Source: Thermoanaerobaculia bacterium
Lineage (GTDB): Bacteria > Acidobacteriota > Thermoanaerobaculia > Multivoradales > JAGPDF01
Assembly: GCA_019911865.1 (NCBI GenBank)
Contig: JAIOJQ010000328.1
Span: 1 to 45,792, forward strand
Direction of reading: 5' to 3'
DNA length: 45,792 bases
Part shown: piece after piece, positions 12,056 to 21,172 of the stretch
Layout: each line of letters starts with the position of its first letter
How positions within the stretch are numbered: position 1 is the first letter of the stretch
Position numbers and translations under genes: made by a program
The notes under the pieces: model-generated
What the model saw: the letters and a program-made list of their open reading frames with translations, nothing else
Database searches by the model: none
Told to the model about the DNA's origin: nothing

Positions 12056-12946
12056 TTAGGTCGACCGGACCTGCCGGTCAAAAATCGACTCGTAAACCGT
12101 GCGGATCCTGCGCCGTCGCCAGAGCAGCGAGTAGAGGCCGAGCAGCACGATGGCCCCACTGGTACCGGCGGTGAAGAGCCCTATGCCGTAATCGCGCGGC
12201 CGCTGGAAAGCGTGCTGGGCGTCGGCATCCTCGAGGAAAGCGAGGATCGCCGCCTGTTCGACCTGGGTCAGCGGCCGATCCTGGTAGGCGCGCTGCATCA
12301 CCGGGAAGGGCGGGCTGCCGATGACCGACCGGACGCCGGGCCCGCCGAGCCTGGAGAAGACCGTCGTCAGGTCGCGGGCCAGCAGGCCGCCGCCGATGAC
12401 CGCATCGTGGGAAACCTCGTGGCACGAGTTGCACGTCGGACCGCCGTTGATGAGCCGCTGCGTACCCTGGAACAGCGCCCGGCCGAGGGCGATCTGCCGG
12501 TCGCTGGGCGGCGCCGGCGCCGCTGCCGCCGTGGCAGCTGCGGTCGCCGTGACCGGTCCCGGGTACTCGCCTTCCTTGGTGAAAGCGAGCACGGAGAGAA
12601 CTTCGGCCGCGCTCAAAGCCTGCGGAGGCATCGGAATGCGCGCGTACTCCTCGAAGATGGCGACTGCCTCGGCGTCTCCCGACGCCACCATGTCGGTCGA
12701 GTTCTGGACGAACCGGACCAGCCACTCCTCCCGCCGTCGCTCGGTGACGCCCCGCAGATCGGGGCCCACCAGCCGGCCACCGCCCACCGTGTGGCAGGCG
12801 AAGCAGGTCTTGCGGAAAATCTCCTCGCCGCGCTGTGCGGCCTCCGACAGGGCCCGGGCGGGCCGAGGGCCGGCCAACACGGCGACGACCGCTGCAGCAG
12901 TCACGAGTCGGACTCCGGCTCTTCCGATCTGAACGATTTCCATCAA
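12056..12946 (-). CDS. Membrane-anchored diheme cytochrome c (NarC-like), first gene of the nar operon
   Basis: Signal peptide, CFACH...GPDL, CNSCH, C-terminal TM helix followed by RRRR. Lies 61 bp upstream of narG. Confidence 0.88.
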   Translation of the reverse strand: MMEIVQIGRAGVRLVTAAAVVAVLAGPRPARALSEAAQRGEEIFRKTCFACHTVGGGRLVGPDLRGVTERRREEWLVRFVQNSTDMVASGDAEAVAIFEEYARIPMPPQALSAAEVLSVLAFTKEGEYPGPVTATAAATAAAAPAPPSDRQIALGRALFQGTQRLINGGPTCNSCHEVSHDAVIGGGLLARDLTTVFSRLGGPGVRSVIGSPPFPVMQRAYQDRPLTQVEQAAILAFLEDADAQHAFQRPRDYGIGLFTAGTSGAIVLLGLYSLLWRRRRIRTVYESIFDRQVRST

Positions 12947-12999
12947 CGCAGGCTCCCTGGTTCGGCGCGAAGCATCTCCGCGCCGGGGGTGGCTCCGAC

Positions 13000-13013
13000 A
13001 TGACGGCCGTCAT
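13000..13013. promoter_or_regulatory. Perfect palindrome ATGAC-GGCC-GTCAT, a putative CRP/FNR-family site
   Basis: Has the 5-4-5 geometry of the FNR box TTGAT-N4-ATCAA and is centred about 60 bp upstream of the cytochrome c-nar operon start. Confidence 0.6.
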
Positions 13014-13199
13014 ATCGACGCGGAAGCACGGGATTCTTGCCGGGCAACGCCGGCTTTCCGGTGCTCGCGGAGGGTTCCGCAAGGAGTTCTTCCGCCGGTC
13101 CGGGGACCGCTCTTCGCAGCTGCGGGACGCGGCCGCAGGCGGCCTCGCCCGGAAGGGCGTCGCCGCGCCCGTTCCCTCCGCCTAGAATCCGCAGCCTCG

Positions 13200-13694
13200 A
13201 TGAAGATCTTCGGGTTCGCCGGCTACTCCGGCAGCGGCAAGACCACCCTGATCGAACGGCTGATTCCGCGCTTTGCCGAACGCGGACTCAGCGTCTCGCT
13301 GATCAAGCACGCTCACCACGCATTCGACCTGGATCGACCCGGCAAGGACTCGTACCGGCTTCGCGAGGCCGGGGCGAGGGAGGTTCTGCTCACTTCGTCT
13401 CACCGCTGGGCGCTGCTGCACGAGCTGCGCGGCGAAGCCGAGCCGTCGCTCGCCGAGCAGGTTCGGCACCTCTCGCCGTGCGACCTGCTGCTGGTCGAGG
13501 GTTTCAAGCATGCGCCGATTCCGAAGCTCGAAGTCCGGCGGGAGGCGGCCGGCGAAAGACTCCTGCATCCCGAAGACCCGTTCATCGTCGCCGTGGCCTC
13601 CGACGAGAGGATCGTGGGCCGGCTGCCTCATTTCGACCTGAACGACGTTGCCGGCATCGAAGCGTTCGTGCTCCGGCATCTGAAGCTCGGTTGA
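13200..13694 (+). CDS. mobB: Molybdopterin-guanine dinucleotide biosynthesis protein B
   Basis: Motifs GYSGSGKTTL, IKHAHH, DRPGKDSYR, DLLLVEGFK. Confidence 0.95.
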   Translation: MKIFGFAGYSGSGKTTLIERLIPRFAERGLSVSLIKHAHHAFDLDRPGKDSYRLREAGAREVLLTSSHRWALLHELRGEAEPSLAEQVRHLSPCDLLLVEGFKHAPIPKLEVRREAAGERLLHPEDPFIVAVASDERIVGRLPHFDLNDVAGIEAFVLRHLKLG

Positions 13695-13832
13695 GCCGGA
13701 GCTCGCTGTTTGCCGCGAATGGTTCCGACGGACGACGAGCGCGAAGTCACCCGCAGTGTCCCGCGCGGCCAGCGAATCCGGCGGCGCGTTCGACCCTCGC
13801 CTCGCCTCTCCCGCGTCCTGTGTCGCGCTGCC

Positions 13833-15158
13833 TCATCGCGGATCCCCGTACGCCCTCGCTAGCCGCTCGACCGGGACACCCAGCGCATAGAGGATCGGCA
13901 GGAAGTTGACGAGCAGAAAGTAGTAGACCGGACGGGTCAGGAAGCGCCGGCCGGAGACCCGAACCCGCGCCGGAACGACGCGGATCTCCCCCTCGCGTGC
14001 GAGCCTGCGCGAGAGCTCGAAATCCTCCATCAGCGGCATCTCGGGGTAGCCGCCGACCCGCTCGAAGACGGCGGCCCGGACGAAGATCGCCTGGTCACCG
14101 TACGGACGGCGGGTGTACCGCGAGCGGATGTCGGCGAGGTGGAGCAGCGGAGCGATCCAGCTCCGGCGGCCGTCGGGCACCGTCCAGGTTCGAAAAGCGC
14201 CCGCGACCACCTCGGGATCGGCGAGGGCTCGAGCGACGGAGTCGCGGGCTTCCGGCGGCAGGCCGACGTCGGCGTGGAGGAAGAGCAGCACGTCGCCGGT
14301 CGCGCAGCGTGCGCCCGCGTTCATCTGCCGTGCACGTCCTCGGGGCGCTTCCAGGACACGCACGCCCGGCACGCTGCGGGCAAGCGCCGCGGTCTCGTCC
14401 CGGCTTCCGCCGTCCACGACGAGAATCTCGTGCCAGCCATCCGCGGCGAGAGTGCGAAGCGCGGACTCGATACGGCCCGCCTCGTCGAGTGCGGGAATCA
14501 CGACGGAGATCCGGGGCGCGCGTGGACAGAGTCGACCGAGCAGGCGCGAGGTCGCGGGCGCGCGCACCGCTCCGCGTTCGATCCGCTGCTGGAGTCTCAC
14601 GAGATCGGCGGGAACGTCGACGTCGAACCAGCCGGGCAGGATTTCGACCGAAAGCCCGCGCTCGAGGAGGCGCTCGCGCGTGCGGCCGAACGTCGAGTCG
14701 GCGCTCCACGGCAGATCCTCGAGCAGGCCGGGCGGGCATCGCCGCAGCGCCAGCAGGTAGAAACCCCCGTCGTCGCAGGGGCCGAGTACCGCGTCGGAGC
14801 GCTCGAGGGCGTCGCGCGCGGCCTCCAGCAGCGCGGCCGGAACTCCGGGCGAATCCGTGCCGACGGCGATCGCGCCGGCCGCCTTGCCCGCGAGCGCTCG
14901 CGCGAAAGCCCGCGCCAGTCGTTCGCCGAGGTCACCTTCTCCTTGCGGCCAGCGGCACGCGGCGCGGGCAGCACCCCACTCGGCGGCATCGGGCTCCGGC
15001 GTAACCAGGACGGGTCGGGCCCAGCGCAGGCTCGAGACGCGGGACCAGGTGTCCTCGAAGAGCGCCGTGGCAAGAGCTGCCGCGCCCTTCGAACCCAGCG
15101 CGGGCGCGAGGCGGGTCTTGGCGACGCCCGGCCGAGGCGGCTTGGCGAAGACGAGCAC
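13833..15158 (-). CDS. Fusion of TIGR04282-like (DUF2064) and TIGR04283-like (GT2) arsenosugar-associated glycosyltransferases
   Basis: N-half: FAKPPRPGVAKTRL, QGEGDLGERL, GTDSP, LGPCDDGGFYL, DVDVPADL. C-half: ISVVIPALDE, VVDGGSRD, GRARQMNAGA, LFLHAD, YGDQAIF, PLMED. Start uncertain (about 15158-15200). Confidence 0.85.
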   Translation of the reverse strand: MLVFAKPPRPGVAKTRLAPALGSKGAAALATALFEDTWSRVSSLRWARPVLVTPEPDAAEWGAARAACRWPQGEGDLGERLARAFARALAGKAAGAIAVGTDSPGVPAALLEAARDALERSDAVLGPCDDGGFYLLALRRCPPGLLEDLPWSADSTFGRTRERLLERGLSVEILPGWFDVDVPADLVRLQQRIERGAVRAPATSRLLGRLCPRAPRISVVIPALDEAGRIESALRTLAADGWHEILVVDGGSRDETAALARSVPGVRVLEAPRGRARQMNAGARCATGDVLLFLHADVGLPPEARDSVARALADPEVVAGAFRTWTVPDGRRSWIAPLLHLADIRSRYTRRPYGDQAIFVRAAVFERVGGYPEMPLMEDFELSRRLAREGEIRVVPARVRVSGRRFLTRPVYYFLLVNFLPILYALGVPVERLARAYGDPR

Positions 15159-15196
15159 GGGAGTCCGTGCCGGCCGCGAGACCTGGAGGACGCGGA

Positions 15197-16219
15197 TCAG
15201 GCGAGCGCTCCCGAGCAGCTCGAGCCCGCGCCGGCGGTGCACGCGAAGCAGTGGCTCGCCGTGGCGATCGCGCTGCCGCCGAGATCCGAGAGCCGATCGA
15301 CGTCCCAGACCGTCGGACGAGAGGGTCCGCCTTCGAGGCGGAGCGGCAGGTCGAGCATCAGGTTGAAGTCGCAGTCGTAAAGCCGTCCCCGCCAGTCGAC
15401 GCTGACCTGCGAGCGGCACATCAGCCCCTCGACGGTCGCCGGGTTGAAGTGGTTGACCAGCAGCGCCTGGTAGTCCTCGGTCTTGCCCAGCCGCGCGAGC
15501 TGCTCGGCGAAGCGGCGGATCGGCATGTTGGTGAGGGTCAGCAGTCTATCGAACTCGATGCCGAAGCGCTCCGCGAGCTCGCGCTTGTAGTCCTCCTCGA
15601 GCTGGCGCTGCGCGGGCGGCAGCGACGGCCCGAGCGGGTTGTATACGAGGTCGAGACGCAGCGCCGAGCCGGCACGGCCGTAGCCGAGCTGGTTCAGTCG
15701 ACGCAGCGCCGCGATCGAGCCGTCGAAGGTGCCGCGTCCCCGCTGGCGGTCGACGTTGCTCTCCGTGTAGCAGGGCAGGCTGGCGACGATCTCGACGCGC
15801 TGGGCGGCGAGAAACTCCGCCAGTCCCTCGAAGCCGGTCTCGCCGAGGATGGTCAGGTTGCAGCGGTCGATGACCCGGCGGCCCAGCTGCCGCGCTCCGG
15901 TGACCAGCCGCTCGAACTGCGGGTTCATCTCGGGCGCGCCGCCGGTCAGGTCGAGCACCTCGACTCCGGGGCTGGCGGCGAGCAGCTCGAGCAGCCGGTC
16001 TGCGACCTCCGCGGAAAGCGACTCGGTCCGCTTCGGCCCGGCCTCGACGTGGCAGTGGTGGCAGGCGAGGTTGCAGAGCCGGCCGACGTTGACCTGCAGG
16101 GTCGTGATCCGGGCGCGCCGCAGCGCGCCGAGGCCGTGCCGCTGCAAGGTCGCGTCGAAGCGAGCGTCGTCGGCGGCGGTGGGCAGGACGGGAAGTCGAG
16201 GGGCGCGATCGGCGAGCAT
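15197..16219 (-). CDS. arsS: Arsenosugar biosynthesis radical SAM protein (TIGR04167-like, DUF3641 C-terminus)
   Basis: Motifs LQVNVGRLCNLACHHCH, DLTGGAPEMNP, IDRCNLT, LMCRSQVSVDW, YDCDFN, HCFACTAGAGSSCSG. Confidence 0.9.
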   Translation of the reverse strand: MLADRAPRLPVLPTAADDARFDATLQRHGLGALRRARITTLQVNVGRLCNLACHHCHVEAGPKRTESLSAEVADRLLELLAASPGVEVLDLTGGAPEMNPQFERLVTGARQLGRRVIDRCNLTILGETGFEGLAEFLAAQRVEIVASLPCYTESNVDRQRGRGTFDGSIAALRRLNQLGYGRAGSALRLDLVYNPLGPSLPPAQRQLEEDYKRELAERFGIEFDRLLTLTNMPIRRFAEQLARLGKTEDYQALLVNHFNPATVEGLMCRSQVSVDWRGRLYDCDFNLMLDLPLRLEGGPSRPTVWDVDRLSDLGGSAIATASHCFACTAGAGSSCSGALA

Positions 16220-16295
16220 GTGCGGCTCCTTCGTTCTCGGATTCAGGGCTGCCGGTTCAGGGCGAGGCCCGCGAGCAGCGCGACGATCGCCATTT

Positions 16296-17450
16296 CTAGC
16301 AGCAGCCGTCCGGGCCGCAGCAGGGCGCGGCGGGCGCGGACGAGTCGTCGTAGTCGCGGCCCTTGGTCTCGCGCGGGTCGCGCCGGAGGCTCCGCGTGCA
16401 GTCGAACGGCCGCGCCGCGCTCGGGTCGATCGGCACGCGGGGCTCGACGAGCTCGACCTGATTCCGGTAGGGCTCGCCGGAGTAGATCTCGAATGTCTTG
16501 GCGCAGACCGCGGCGCGCTCGCCCCGCACCAGCCGGTGGCCGTCGTCGTCGAGGACCTGCTTGAACGGACCCTTGTAGATCACCGCCTGGAAGTGCTCGA
16601 AGCAGGGGCCCTGCTTGCCCTTGAACGCCACGACGGTGAGCGAGCGGAACTCGATGCCCTCGACGGTGCGCCAGGGCTGCGCCGGCCGCTCGAGGATCCG
16701 CAGGCCGTGGAAGCCCGCCTGCTCGAACGCGGCGAGGAACCCCTCCTCGGTGAGCGCGCCCGAAATGCAGCCGCTCCACAACTCGGGGTCGGCCTCGAGG
16801 TGCGCCGGCACCGGCTCGTCGGCGACGATGTCGGAGATCACCGCCCGGCCGCCGTGGCGCAGGACGCGGAAGATCTCGGCGAAGAGGCGTCGCTTGTCGG
16901 CGCCGTCGACCAGGTTGAGAACGCAGTTGGAGACCACGACGTCGACCGACGCGTCCTCGACCAGCGGCGTCTCGTGCCGCAGTCGATCCGCGAGACGCTC
17001 GGCCGCGCGCAGGTCGTCGGCCGAGCGGACCGGTCGCGCGGCGAGCTCCGCGTCGAGCCGGTCGAGATCGAGTGCCAGGTCCTGGATGCGCGCGCGGCGG
17101 AACTCCACGTTGGCGAATCCCAGCCGCTCGGCGACCCGCGGTGCGGCCCGCCGAGCCACCTCGAGCATTTCGGGTGTCATGTCGATGCCGATCACCCGGC
17201 CCGCGGTGCCGACGACCTGGCTGGCGATGAAGCAGATCTTGCCGGTGCCGCTGCCCAGGTCGAGCACGGTCTCGCCCGGGCGCAGGTGGCGCGAGGGGTC
17301 GCCGCAGCCGTAGTCGCGTTCGAGCACTTCGTCCGGAATCACCGCGAGGTAGCGCGGATCGTAGTCGACCGGGCAGCAGAGCTCGGGCTCGCGGGCGGCG
17401 GCGCCGCGCGCGTAGCGCTCGCGGACGCTGGATTCGGTGGCGATGGACAT
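16296..17450 (-). CDS. ArsM-like SAM-dependent methyltransferase
   Basis: Motifs LCCP, DYGCGDP, VLDLGSGTG, VVSNCVLNL, WSGCISGA, Cys-rich tail CCGPDGCC. Directly upstream of arsS. Confidence 0.85.
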   Translation of the reverse strand: MSIATESSVRERYARGAAAREPELCCPVDYDPRYLAVIPDEVLERDYGCGDPSRHLRPGETVLDLGSGTGKICFIASQVVGTAGRVIGIDMTPEMLEVARRAAPRVAERLGFANVEFRRARIQDLALDLDRLDAELAARPVRSADDLRAAERLADRLRHETPLVEDASVDVVVSNCVLNLVDGADKRRLFAEIFRVLRHGGRAVISDIVADEPVPAHLEADPELWSGCISGALTEEGFLAAFEQAGFHGLRILERPAQPWRTVEGIEFRSLTVVAFKGKQGPCFEHFQAVIYKGPFKQVLDDDGHRLVRGERAAVCAKTFEIYSGEPYRNQVELVEPRVPIDPSAARPFDCTRSLRRDPRETKGRDYDDSSAPAAPCCGPDGCC

Positions 17451-17483
17451 GCCTGGAGTCCTCCTTCGATCGGCCCGATCGAG

Positions 17484-17945
17484 TCAGGCCCGTTGCGGGC
17501 TCGGCGTGAGACGCGCGCGACGGCGCGCCAGGAGCGAAAGACCGAACAGTGCGGCCGTGGCGGCGCCGAGACCCGCGACGCCGAGGCGCACGGCCCACCA
17601 GAGCGTCCGGACCTGGATCGGGCGGCTTCCGGCCGCGGCGGCGGGCAGCAGCGACAAAGTCGGATCCTCCTCGGGGTGAACGACCTGCAGATCACTGAAC
17701 AGGAGGACCCTCGTGGGCTCGCTCATCGGGCTGCCGTAGAGGTCGGCGATCGGGTCTCCGGCACTCCAGAGCGAGCGGTTGAGGGTCACGACCGACGGAT
17801 CGTGAGGGGAGATGAGCAGGACCTCGTGCCCCCAGCCGAGATCGGCGAGAGAGGCGGCGAGAGGCAGCAGGAGGGCGGCGACGAGACCGGCCCGGGCCCC
17901 GCGTCGGGCCCAGCGGGCGACTCCGGTCAGGACGTTCGTGGACAT
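17484..17945 (-). CDS. Hypothetical membrane-anchored protein
   Basis: Hydrophobic segments at both ends. Sits within the yceI-methyltransferase operon. Confidence 0.7.
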   Translation of the reverse strand: MSTNVLTGVARWARRGARAGLVAALLLPLAASLADLGWGHEVLLISPHDPSVVTLNRSLWSAGDPIADLYGSPMSEPTRVLLFSDLQVVHPEEDPTLSLLPAAAAGSRPIQVRTLWWAVRLGVAGLGAATAALFGLSLLARRRARLTPSPQRA

Positions 17946-17964
17946 GGCGACGATCGCTCTCGGC

Positions 17965-18576
17965 TCAGCTCGCGGCGTTGACGAAGAGGTTGAGCTTCAC
18001 CTTCCAGGTGTCGCTCACCCGTCCGGCGACCTTCTGCGGCACCGCGAGGCCGTGGTCGGAGAGCTGGACCTCGAAGGGCACCGAGACGCGCAGCCAGTCC
18101 CCTTTACCGAGCCCGGCGGCCTTCGCCGCCTCGGCGGGAATCGGCTTGACCCGGGCGCGGACGGTGATCGGCTTCGTGACGCCGCGGAGAGTGAAGTCGC
18201 CGGCGATCTCCCAGCTGCCGTCCTCGAGCTGGCGCGCGGTGGTCGAGACGAAACGGATCTCCGGGTTCTTCTTCGCGTCGAGCCAGTCGCCCGACTGCAG
18301 GTGCTTGTTGCGCAGCTCGATCCCGGTGTCGAGAGAGGCGACCGGAACCCGCACTTCGACGCTGGCGGTGCCGGCTTCGAGGTCCGCCACGACCTGGCCC
18401 GTGACGGTGTGGGTGCGGCCGAGGATGGTCTCGAAGTCGGTCTCGGATTCGAAGGTGATGTTGGTGTTCTTGTCGTCGCCGCCGGCGGCGAAGGTGCGCT
18501 CGGTGGCGGCAGCGGCGGCGACCTGGAACAGGCCCGCGAGGGCGAGGGCGAGAACGGGCGAACGACGGTGGATCAT
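17965..18576 (-). CDS. YceI-family secreted lipid/polyisoprenoid-binding protein
   Basis: Signal peptide. Motifs VPVASLDTGIELRNKHL, WLDAKKNPEIRF, GDFTLRGVTK. Confidence 0.9.
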   Translation of the reverse strand: MIHRRSPVLALALAGLFQVAAAAATERTFAAGGDDKNTNITFESETDFETILGRTHTVTGQVVADLEAGTASVEVRVPVASLDTGIELRNKHLQSGDWLDAKKNPEIRFVSTTARQLEDGSWEIAGDFTLRGVTKPITVRARVKPIPAEAAKAAGLGKGDWLRVSVPFEVQLSDHGLAVPQKVAGRVSDTWKVKLNLFVNAAS

Positions 18577-18636
18577 GGCGGGTCTCCCTGGGTTGCGCCC
18601 CCGGCCGATCGCCGGTCGGGGGGCGTCAGGGGAATC

Positions 18637-18662
18637 TTTGCCGCTCCCCGCGGAGCGGTTAC
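18637..18662 (-). promoter_or_regulatory. ECF sigma promoter GTAACC-N16-CAAA for the yceI-methyltransferase-arsS-GT operon
   Basis: Minus strand reads GTAACC gctccgcggggagcgg CAAAGA. One of four matching copies. Confidence 0.75.
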
Positions 18663-18674
18663 CGGCCGCTTCGA

Positions 18675-18700
18675 GTAACCTCTTCGCCCGATGAGGCGAA
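18675..18700 (+). promoter_or_regulatory. Autoregulatory ECF promoter GTAACC-N16-CGAA
   Basis: GTAACC tcttcgcccgatgagg CGAAGA immediately before the sigma gene. Matches the recalled Caulobacter SigF consensus. Confidence 0.75.
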
Positions 18701-18701
18701 G

Positions 18702-19265
18702 ATGAGGGGCGAGGTCGACGAGGCCTCGCTCGACGATCTGCCGGAGCTGATGGCCCGCTACCAGGCGGGGGACGAGGCGGCGTTCGAAGAGATCTACGGA
18801 CGGCTGGCGCGTTCGGTGCGCGGCTACCTGAGAACCCTGACCCCGCCGGGAGCGGACGTGGAGGACCTGGTGCAGAACGCGTTTCTCCAGATTCACCGGT
18901 CGCGGCAAACCTACCTGCCGGGCGAGCCGGTGCGCCCCTGGGCCTTCGCCATCGCCCGTCACGTCGGTCTGATGGCGCGGCGGACTTCCGGGCGGCGGGC
19001 CCGCAACGAGGTCCAGCCGTTCGACCAGCTGCCCGAAGTGCCGACCCTGTCGCGCGCCGCCGGTGCCCTCGACCGGATCTCGCTCGGGCGGGCGCTCGGG
19101 ACGCTCGCCGAGCCCGGCCGCGAGGCGGTCTGGCTCCACCACGTCGAGGGGTTCTCGTTCCGCGAGATCGCCGCCGTCCAGGGGATCTCCGAGACCGCGG
19201 CGAAGGTGCGCGCCCATCGCGCCATCGTCGCGCTGCGCGGCGAGCTGAAGGAGGCCGCGGGATGA
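18702..19265 (+). CDS. ECF RNA polymerase sigma factor (SigF/ECF16-like)
   Basis: Motifs LMARYQAGDEAAF, EDLVQNAFLQIH, PWAFAIAR, GFSFREIA...KVRAHRA. True start may be downstream (ATG 18750). Confidence 0.92.
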   Translation: MRGEVDEASLDDLPELMARYQAGDEAAFEEIYGRLARSVRGYLRTLTPPGADVEDLVQNAFLQIHRSRQTYLPGEPVRPWAFAIARHVGLMARRTSGRRARNEVQPFDQLPEVPTLSRAAGALDRISLGRALGTLAEPGREAVWLHHVEGFSFREIAAVQGISETAAKVRAHRAIVALRGELKEAAG

Positions 19266-19939
19266 CCGCGCCCGACCGCGAGCCGGTCCCCGCGGCGCTG
19301 CGCGCCGCCATCCGGCGCGATCTCGCGCCGGTGACCCCGCTGGCGTCGCCGGCGCGACGCGCCCTGCTCCTCGCGCTGCCGGCGCTCGTCGTCCTCTCGA
19401 CGGCGGTCGTCGTGCTGACCCGCGGCGCGGCGAGCCCGGGCGTGAACTCGCTCGCCGGGGGCGGCGTCTCGCTGCTCGAGTGGCTGGCCGGGCTCGCTCT
19501 GCTCTGGTTGGCGCTGCGCGAAGCCGTGCCGGGCCTGGGCGTGGGCGCCGGCCGGGCGCTCGCCGCCCTGTCCGGCGGCATCCTGCTGCAGCTCCTCCTG
19601 GGACTTCTGATCTGGCAGCAGACCGGCGCCGCGCTGAGCGGCCCCGGCGCCCTGGCCGTCGGCAGCCGATGCGCCACGATCGAGGGGGCGATCGGACTGC
19701 CGCACCTGGCGATCGCGACCTGGCTCGCGCTGCGCGCGCTGCCGATCCGGCCGCGCTGGTCGGGCGCCCTCGCGGGAGCGGCGGCCGGACTGCTCGCTGA
19801 CTCGCTCTGGCACCTGGCGTGCGCCCGCAACGACCTCGAGCACCTGCTGGTCTGGCACTTCGGGGCGACCGTGGCGATGACGCTCCTTGGCGCCTTCGCG
19901 GGCTCGTTCTGGCCGCGGGGTGAGGCCGCCAGCGAGTAA
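19262..19939 (+). CDS. NrsF/DUF1109-family membrane anti-sigma factor
   Basis: ATGA-coupled to the sigma gene. About 6 TM helices, REAVPG, Cys in GSRC and WHLAC...HLLVWH. Confidence 0.8.
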   Translation: MTAPDREPVPAALRAAIRRDLAPVTPLASPARRALLLALPALVVLSTAVVVLTRGAASPGVNSLAGGGVSLLEWLAGLALLWLALREAVPGLGVGAGRALAALSGGILLQLLLGLLIWQQTGAALSGPGALAVGSRCATIEGAIGLPHLAIATWLALRALPIRPRWSGALAGAAAGLLADSLWHLACARNDLEHLLVWHFGATVAMTLLGAFAGSFWPRGEAASE

Positions 19940-20504
19940 GAAGAGGGTTGCCGCCATCGAGATCGCTCAGCGGGCCGAAGCCGATCGCGCGCTGGCCGAG
20001 GCCTACCGCCGCGTTGCCGGTCCGGACGGCGATCCGGCTCACATTCTGGCCGTCTCCTCGCCGAATCCCCGGGCGATGGAGGATCACGCGCGCCTCTATC
20101 GCGGCTTGATGTTCGGTGCCTCGCCCCTGTCGCGCAGCGAGCGCGAGCTCGTCGCGACGGTCGTCTCGCGGACCAACGGCTGCCACTACTGAATCGAGCA
20201 CCACGGACGGGCTCTCCGGGCCGAGAGTCACGACGATGCGATGACCGACGCGGTGATGGCGGGAAACCGGGCCGCCGTCCTCGAGGCCCCGCGTCCGCGG
20301 GCGCTGTGCGCCTTCGCCGAGAAGCTGACGCGGGATCCCGGCGCCTGCGGCGAGGACGACCCCGCGCCGCTGCGGGCGCTCGGCCTGTCGGACCGCGCCC
20401 TCCACGACCTCGTGCTGGTGGTCGCCTATTTCAACTTCGTCAACCGTATCGCCTCGGGACTGGAAGTGCAGCTCGAGCCGGGTGAGCCGGCTCGCGAGCG
20501 GTAA
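19920..20504 (+). CDS. AhpD/CMD-family peroxidase-related protein with in-frame TGA at 20190-20192 (probable selenocysteine, CHYU)
   Basis: ORFs 19887-20192 and 20241-20504 share one frame. Readthrough gives LSRSERELVATVVSRTNGCHY-U-IEHHG...FAEKLT...VVAYFNFVNRIASGL, about 194 aa. Start uncertain (GTG 19920). Confidence 0.85.
20210..20229 (+). promoter_or_regulatory. Candidate bacterial SECIS hairpin
   Basis: GGCTCTC-CGGGCC-GAGAGTC forms a 7-bp stem (one G-U pair). The loop has G at its second position and starts 25 nt after the TGA. Confidence 0.55.
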
Positions 20505-20526
20505 CCGTTTCTCCGCTGCCGGCAAA
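20501..20526 (+). promoter_or_regulatory. ECF promoter GTAACC-N16-CAAA upstream of the second CMD gene
   Basis: GTAACC gtttctccgctgccgg CAAAGA, overlapping the upstream stop codon. Confidence 0.7.
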
Positions 20527-20602
20527 GAGTGACTGCGAACGGAAACCGAACCCGTTCGCGTGGCGCCGATTCCGGCGCGCACCCAGACCCGGGAGATCCC
20601 GC

Positions 20603-21172
20603 ATGACCGATTTCCGGATTCACGCTTCAGACTCCGCCCCCGAGGCGTCCCGCATCGCGCTCGCCGGAGCCCGGAGCAAGTACGGCTTCGTCCCCAACCC
20701 GATCGGCATGCTGGCCGAGTCGCCGGCCGCCGTGGCCGGCTACCTCGGCATCGGCGAGCAGTTCGACGAATCTTCGTTCACGCCGGTCGAGCGCCAGGTC
20801 GTGTTGCTCGCCGTCAGCTTCGAGAACGCCTGCGACTACTGCATGGCCGCGCACACGGTCATCGCCGGCATGAGCCGGGTCCCCGCCGCGACGATCGAGG
20901 CCCTGCGCTCCGGCGACCCGCTGCCGGAGGCGCGCCTCGACGCCCTGGCGTGCTTCACCCGCACCGTGGTGCGCGAACGCGGCCGCGTCTGCGAGCCCGA
21001 ACTCGCCGCCTTCCTCGCCGCCGGCTTCACCCGCGCCCAGGTCCTCGAGGTCGTCCTCGGCGTCGCGATGAAGACCTTGAGCAACTACGCCAACCACCTC
21101 GCCCGCACCCCCCTCGACCCGGCGTTCGCCCCGGCCCGCTGGGAGCCGGCGCACCTCGCGCCGGTCGGCTGA
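20603..21172 (+). CDS. Carboxymuconolactone decarboxylase/AhpD-family protein (CxxC)
   Basis: Motifs YGFVPN, AESP, ENACDYCMAAH, KTLSNYANH. GGAG RBS. Confidence 0.9.
   Translation: MTDFRIHASDSAPEASRIALAGARSKYGFVPNPIGMLAESPAAVAGYLGIGEQFDESSFTPVERQVVLLAVSFENACDYCMAAHTVIAGMSRVPAATIEALRSGDPLPEARLDALACFTRTVVRERGRVCEPELAAFLAAGFTRAQVLEVVLGVAMKTLSNYANHLARTPLDPAFAPARWEPAHLAPVG

Noticed and set aside
15197-17450. Selenocysteine in ArsS or the methyltransferase
   Set aside because: Both frames are uninterrupted and have Cys at the candidate positions.
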